From Patescibacteria group bacterium (GTDB lineage: Bacteria > Patescibacteriota > Patescibacteriia > Magasanikbacterales > GWA2-37-8): a stretch of 64,000 nt of DNA. This document shows positions 61,452 through 64,000 of the stretch, piece after piece (the stretch's first letter is position 1; the number at the start of each line of letters is the position of its first letter). The stretch is from positions 64,001-128,000 of the forward strand of contig SCQK01000013.1 in assembly GCA_004321885.1 (NCBI GenBank), written 5' to 3'. The position numbers and the translations under genes were made by a program. The notes under the pieces were generated by a model that did no database searches, was not told where the DNA came from, and saw nothing but the letters and a program-made list of their open reading frames with translations.

Positions 61452-61489
61452 ACAAAAAATCCCCGACTTAGCCGGGAATTTTTTACTTG
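61452..61489 (-). terminator. Hairpin AAATCCCCGACTTAGCCGGGAATTT with flanking A/T runs, downstream of tRNA-Trp
   Basis: Palindrome family E variant; T-run on the minus strand. Confidence 0.45.
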
Positions 61490-61560
61490 CAGGGGCTGAG
61501 GGAATCGGACCCCCAACTTCTCTTTTGGAGAGAGGTGTTATACCACTTAACTAAGCCCCC
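61490..61560 (-). tRNA. tRNA-Trp (anticodon CCA)
   Basis: RC: GGGGGCT-TA-GTTA-AGTGGTAT-AAC-A-CCTCT-CTCCAAA-AGAGA-AGTT-GGGGG-TCCGATT-CCCTC-AGCCCCT-G; anticodon loop CUCCAAA. Confidence 0.75.
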
Positions 61561-61577
61561 GAGAGGGGCGGCTCTTA

Positions 61578-61733
61578 TTATTTCGTCTCTTTGTGCATGG
61601 TATGTTTTTTGCAATGCCGGCAGAATTTTTTCATCTCCAAGCGGTTTTTGAGAGTTTTTTTGTTGCGGGTGCTGAAATAATTCGCGCGCTTGCATTGCGA
61701 GCATTCCAACTTGGCCAAATTATCTTGAGACAT
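61578..61733 (-). CDS. rpmG: 50S ribosomal protein L33
   Basis: [51 protein letters not shown] (51 aa) fits C-x2-C…NY-x2-T-x-NK…L-x2-KK-x-C-x2-C-x-KHT-x-H-KETK; below the ORF-track cut-off. Confidence 0.8.
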   Translation of the reverse strand: MSQDNLAKLECSQCKRANYFSTRNKKTLKNRLEMKKFCRHCKKHTMHKETK

Positions 61734-61797
61734 AATAAAATATTAGGCTTGGTGGAGTGTAGCACACTTCACGCGAATTGTCAAAATTATTTCCCTC

Positions 61798-61825
61798 TTG
61801 ACAACTCATACACAGGAGGTATGAT
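61798..61825 (+). promoter_or_regulatory. Sigma70-type promoter TTGACA-N16-TATGAT driving a + strand GC-rich non-coding region
   Basis: ttgaca 61798-61803; tatgat 61820-61825. A divergent minus-strand TTGACA-N17-TACACT (61756-61784) sits upstream of rpmG. Confidence 0.5.
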
Positions 61826-62046
61826 AAAAGTAGACGAACCTTTTATTTCATACTGTATGGGGACGCGAAAGTGCGGGCGCGCCTAGGCTAACCGAGGCGC
61901 CTCTTTACAAGGAACCGCTGGCTGAAAAACAACCGGTTCGGGGCAAGAGTCCCGAAACAAGCGCTTGGCGCACGGATTGTTTTTCAACCCCAGGTCGGCT
62001 GGGTCTGCCCGCAGTGTAGAGTTAAAAACAGTCCCGACTTAGTCGG
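61826..62046 (+). ncRNA. Candidate small RNA (about 220 nt, GC-rich) between a consensus promoter and a bidirectional terminator
   Basis: Hairpins GGCGCGCC…GGCGCC, GGAACCG…CGGUUC, GGGG…CCCC; ends at ACAGUCCCGACUUAGUCGGGACUGU plus UUUU (62018-62046). Only a 21-codon ORF is present. Class undetermined; the strand call rests on the promoter. Confidence 0.3.
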
Positions 62047-62051
62047 GACTG

Positions 62052-62323
62052 TTTTGGCGCGAGCCGATGAGCGGATTTGAACCGCTGACCACCTCCTTCG
62101 CTTATACTTTATATTGCTATAAAGACTAGACTGTATCTTTGGCTTATCCTTTACCGGACTTAGCCACCCTTGTCAGTCGTTCGCCCGCGATTAGCGGGAC
62201 GGTCTTGTCCCAATTTATTTAGGGATATTAACCGTTATTCGGGATTCACCACGATGTTTCCATCGTGATGGGCGAGGCTTGCGGCTCACCATGGAGGTGC
62301 TCTACCAACTGAGCTACATCGGC
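62052..62323 (-). tRNA. tRNA-Thr (anticodon GGT) interrupted by a 199-nt group I intron in the anticodon loop
   Basis: 5' exon GCCGATG-TA-GCTC-AGTTGGTA-GAGC-A-CCTCC-ATGGT (62288-62323). 3' exon AA-GGAGG-TGGTC-AGCGG-TTCAAAT-CCGCT-CATCGGC-T (62052-62088). Joined anticodon loop AUGGUAA gives GGU. Position equals E. coli thrT in thrU-tyrU-glyT-thrT. Confidence 0.6.
62089..62287 (-). ncRNA. Group I intron (199 nt) in tRNA-Thr(GGU), inserted after U36
   Basis: 5' exon ends in U that can pair with a G in the intron (P1); the intron ends in G. GNRA-capped hairpins (GAGCC-GCAA-GCCUC; CACGAUGG-AAA-CAUCGUG); core-like elements AAUUGGGACAAG (P-like), UAAUCGCGGGCG (Q-like), ACGACUGACA (R-like), AAGAUACAGUCUAGUC (S-like, compare AAGAUAUAGUCC) in canonical order. 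Confidence 0.5.
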
Positions 62324-62328
62324 ATTTT

Positions 62329-62988
62329 CTAATTTTTTTTATTTTCCAAAATCCTCATTAATTCATCTCTCATTTTTTTATTATGGTAATAAACTGTTAA
62401 AACTCCATGTCTACTTTTTTCGCGATAAGTACCTTTTCTAACAGACATTGTTATCGTGCTTTTGTAAAATTGATTTTTATTTACCTTTATTTGCCCCTTC
62501 CAAAACCTTAGCGCTTCAGTCACTGAAATGTCATTGAATAACTGAAGGCTAAACTTAAGGTCTTTTCTTCTAATGGAAAAAAATTTAACTAAAAAGTCAA
62601 TAAATTTCTTGACCAATCTTGGGTCAGTATTTCCCAACCTAACTGTGCATTTATCCGCTTTTGTTCCCTCCCCCCAGTATAACCCAAGTCCAAAACCATA
62701 TAAAATTCCCTCTTTTAATGTATGTGGATACTTTATGACAAATGGATCACCGTTTGGGTTATTTTTTTTGTAAATAGCTTCACTGATAGATCTACACGTA
62801 ATCGAATATTTTTCCATCCAATAACGTATTTTATTTACTGAACATTCGAAAATATTGGCAATTTCTTGTGCCGACTTTCCCTGATTTTGATATAATTTTT
62901 GCAAAACACCTTTGCTTATCATATCACAAATTATATCATAGCCGACTGAATAGTACAAGTAACCCCAAGTAGATAATATGGTTGTCAA
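62329..62988 (-). CDS. HTH plus LAGLIDADG-like protein (possible free-standing homing endonuclease) lying between the two intron-containing tRNA genes, in the position of glyT
   Basis: N-terminal HTH (QGKSAQEIANIFECSVNKIRYWMEKY); central ILYGFGLGLYWGEGTK resembles a single LAGLIDADG motif (LxGFxDGDG); 219 aa. Confidence 0.4.
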   Translation of the reverse strand: MTTILSTWGYLYYSVGYDIICDMISKGVLQKLYQNQGKSAQEIANIFECSVNKIRYWMEKYSITCRSISEAIYKKNNPNGDPFVIKYPHTLKEGILYGFGLGLYWGEGTKADKCTVRLGNTDPRLVKKFIDFLVKFFSIRRKDLKFSLQLFNDISVTEALRFWKGQIKVNKNQFYKSTITMSVRKGTYREKSRHGVLTVYYHNKKMRDELMRILENKKN

Positions 62989-62997
62989 TGAACCTTG

Positions 62998-63292
62998 TGG
63001 GTGGAGTAGGATTCGAACCTACGAAGGCAGAGCCAGCAGATTTCATTTATCCAAAAGTTTCCTTCTAGCATGGACTATATCTTTATCCTATCCGCCAATC
63101 TGGCCGATAGGATACTCTGGTATCTAGTCTCTACGGCGCCCCCGACTTTGCCGGGGTTCCCACGGTATTAGCATGCCCGCCAGTTGGCGGATTTAGCTTT
63201 CACCGTTATCCCAGAGAGTTCATCCTAAAGTTACCTTTAGGAGCTGCGTTTCAACACAGTCTGCTCCAGTTGACCACTTTGGTATCCACCCA
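62998..63292 (-). tRNA. tRNA-Tyr (anticodon GTA) interrupted by a 213-nt group I intron in the anticodon loop
   Basis: 5' exon GGGTGGA-TA-CCAA-AGTGGTCAA-CTGG-A-GCAGA-CTGT (63257-63292), closely matching E. coli tRNA-Tyr (…CCAAAGGGAGCAGACUGUAAAUCUGC…). 3' exon AAA-TCTGC-TGGCTCTGCCTTC (long variable arm)-GTAGG-TTCGAAT-CCTAC-TCCACCC-A (62998-63043). Joined loop CUGUAAA. Confidence 0.65.
63044..63256 (-). ncRNA. Group I intron (213 nt) in tRNA-Tyr(GUA), inserted between anticodon positions 35 and 36
   Basis: Exon CUGU pairs with intron GCAG (U·G at the splice site). The intron ends …AAAUG. Contains CGUAGAGACUAGAUA (R element, AGAGACUA) and AAAGAUAUAGUCCAUG (exact S element AAGAUAUAGUCC), plus AAAUCCGCCAACUGGCGGGC (P/Q-like). 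Confidence 0.6.
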
Positions 63293-63311
63293 TCTTCTTA
63301 AATTTTCTTGA

Positions 63312-63383
63312 GCCGCCTCAGGGATTCGGACCCTGGACCTACGGTTTACAAAACCGTTGCTCTACCGCTGAGCTAAGGCGGCA
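63312..63383 (-). tRNA. tRNA-Thr (anticodon TGT)
   Basis: RC: GCCGCCT-TA-GCTC-AGCGGTA-GAGC-A-ACGGT-TTTGTAA-ACCGT-AGGTC-CAGGG-TCCGAAT-CCCTG-AGGCGGC-T; equivalent of E. coli thrU. Confidence 0.8.
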
Positions 63384-63443
63384 ATTATACCGCTGCCTGC
63401 CCGCCTTTGGCGGGAGCTAAGGCGGTGTCTGCGCGCGTTTGAC

Positions 63444-64000
63444 TCAAGCGGCTACTGCCCTAGTCACCTCTGGCGACCGCACTTCCATTTTTTTTATTCT
63501 TTCCCTAAAACCATCCAATTTGTTGTTGTCGGGATTGACCATCCGCAAACCATTCATTCCCTTCTCAGCCAGCTCTTTGTCGCCGCATATTATAGCAATT
63601 TCCGTCATTAAGTCAAGGTACTTGGGGTTTTGCGGTTCCAATTCCGCGGCCGCCACTATGGCCTCGCGCGCGGTTTTGGGCTGATTCACTCGCAAGAGCA
63701 GTTCGGCGATGTGGTAATAGCGCGGGGAAAAAGAATCATTAAGCAAAACCGCCTGCTGATAATACCCAATCGCTTCTTCCAAATCACCCTGGCTCTCGGC
63801 GATTTCGGCCAGCTTCACCAAAACGCTGTCATCATCAGGCTCCAGTTGAAGCAAAAAGCGATATGTCTGCCGCGCCTCCTCCAAAGAATTCTTAGCCGCG
63901 TAAGTGTCGCCCAATCCTCGGTAAGCGGAGGCGGCTTTGGGGTCAACTTTAACCGCGGAAATAAACAAATTTTCCGCTTTTTCAAAATCTCCTAATTTTA
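63444..64000 (-). CDS. TPR-repeat protein, probably extending beyond the window end
   Basis: …AASAYRGLGDTYAAKNSLEEARQTYRFLLQLEPDDDSVLVKLAEIAESQGDLEEAIGYYQQAVLLND… shows 34-residue TPR periodicity. The track start at 63968 is a TTG and the frame stays open upstream. Confidence 0.5.
   Translation of the reverse strand, partial: KLGDFEKAENLFISAVKVDPKAASAYRGLGDTYAAKNSLEEARQTYRFLLQLEPDDDSVLVKLAEIAESQGDLEEAIGYYQQAVLLNDSFSPRYYHIAELLLRVNQPKTAREAIVAAAELEPQNPKYLDLMTEIAIICGDKELAEKGMNGLRMVNPDNNKLDGFRERIKKMEVRSPEVTRAVAA

Noticed and set aside
61593-61886. 97-aa + strand ORF
   Set aside because: Antisense to rpmG (L33), which has an unmistakable signature. Also spans divergent promoters.
62998-63292. tmRNA (the tRNA-like ends GGGTGGA…TCCACCCA enclose about 280 nt)
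   Set aside because: The 5' part contains a full D-arm and anticodon stem matching tRNA-Tyr, not the tmRNA 5' end. The interior has group I intron R/S elements and no tag-peptide reading frame or pseudoknot series.

Overview
This window is AT-rich bacterial chromosome (about 40% GC) that looks like a Candidate Phyla Radiation / Patescibacteria genome, with small ribosomal operons and truncated enzymes throughout. I did not find a CRISPR array or rRNA.

**Core genes.** Left end: a partial flippase gene, then rpsI-rplM and the cluster infA-rpmJ-rpsM-rpsK-rpsD-rpoA-rplQ, a GtrA-like gene and alaS. Right half: ligA, a type IV pilus block (pilD, two pilins, a receiver domain, pilM), cysS, a MacAB-like ABC efflux set with an ECF-type sigma factor, a VirB4-like ATPase, dnaX, a C39-like peptidase, a GT2 glycosyltransferase, dus, secDF, secA, a Kef-type antiporter, rpmG and a tRNA cluster laid out like E. 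coli thrU-tyrU-(glyT)-thrT.

**Things that stand out.**
1. A minus-strand array of five genes whose products all end in a PEP-utilizing phosphohistidine swivel domain, four of them with divergent N-terminal domains of unknown function. The ATP-grasp nucleotide-binding domain (PPDK_N) is encoded separately. The array is interleaved with two HepT/MntA toxin-antitoxin pairs, a DUF3800 gene and a Fic-family gene whose catalytic His is replaced by Gln.
2. A complete PEP-synthase-like gene with a C-terminal transmembrane extension sits elsewhere in the window.
3. Dozens of short nested-palindrome elements in several families (GTCATTCC..GGAATCC, GTCATCCTGAACTTGTTTCAGGATCC, GTCATTGCGAGCG..CGCTCGCAATGAC, CTCCCCTTTATAAGGGGAG, CCCGACTNAGTCGGG) are scattered across the window. 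Many lie in frame inside essential genes (alaS, mnmA x4, cysS x2, dnaX x2, secA x2, the PEP enzymes). Others supply stop codons or terminators.
4. Two small GIY-YIG nuclease genes are each bracketed by these palindromes. One sits in a rearranged tRNA-Asp locus where two tRNA fragments carry a palindrome in place of the anticodon arm.
5. tRNA-Tyr(GUA) and tRNA-Thr(GGU) each carry a roughly 200-nt group I intron in the anticodon loop, with a LAGLIDADG/HTH-like ORF between the two genes.
6. Four discrete high-GC islets (about 65% GC) each carry one gene with its own sigma70-like promoter and/or AGGAGAG ribosome-binding site and hairpin terminator. They look like recent horizontal acquisitions.
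7. Two GC-rich candidate structured RNAs of unknown class.

Smaller points: rpoA lacks the alpha-CTD, SecD carries an inserted parvulin-like domain, a roughly 1.6 kb zone holds decayed genes (AAA ATPase, GNAT, GrpB), and a repeated GATTAGTG leader is shared by secA and the flippase gene.
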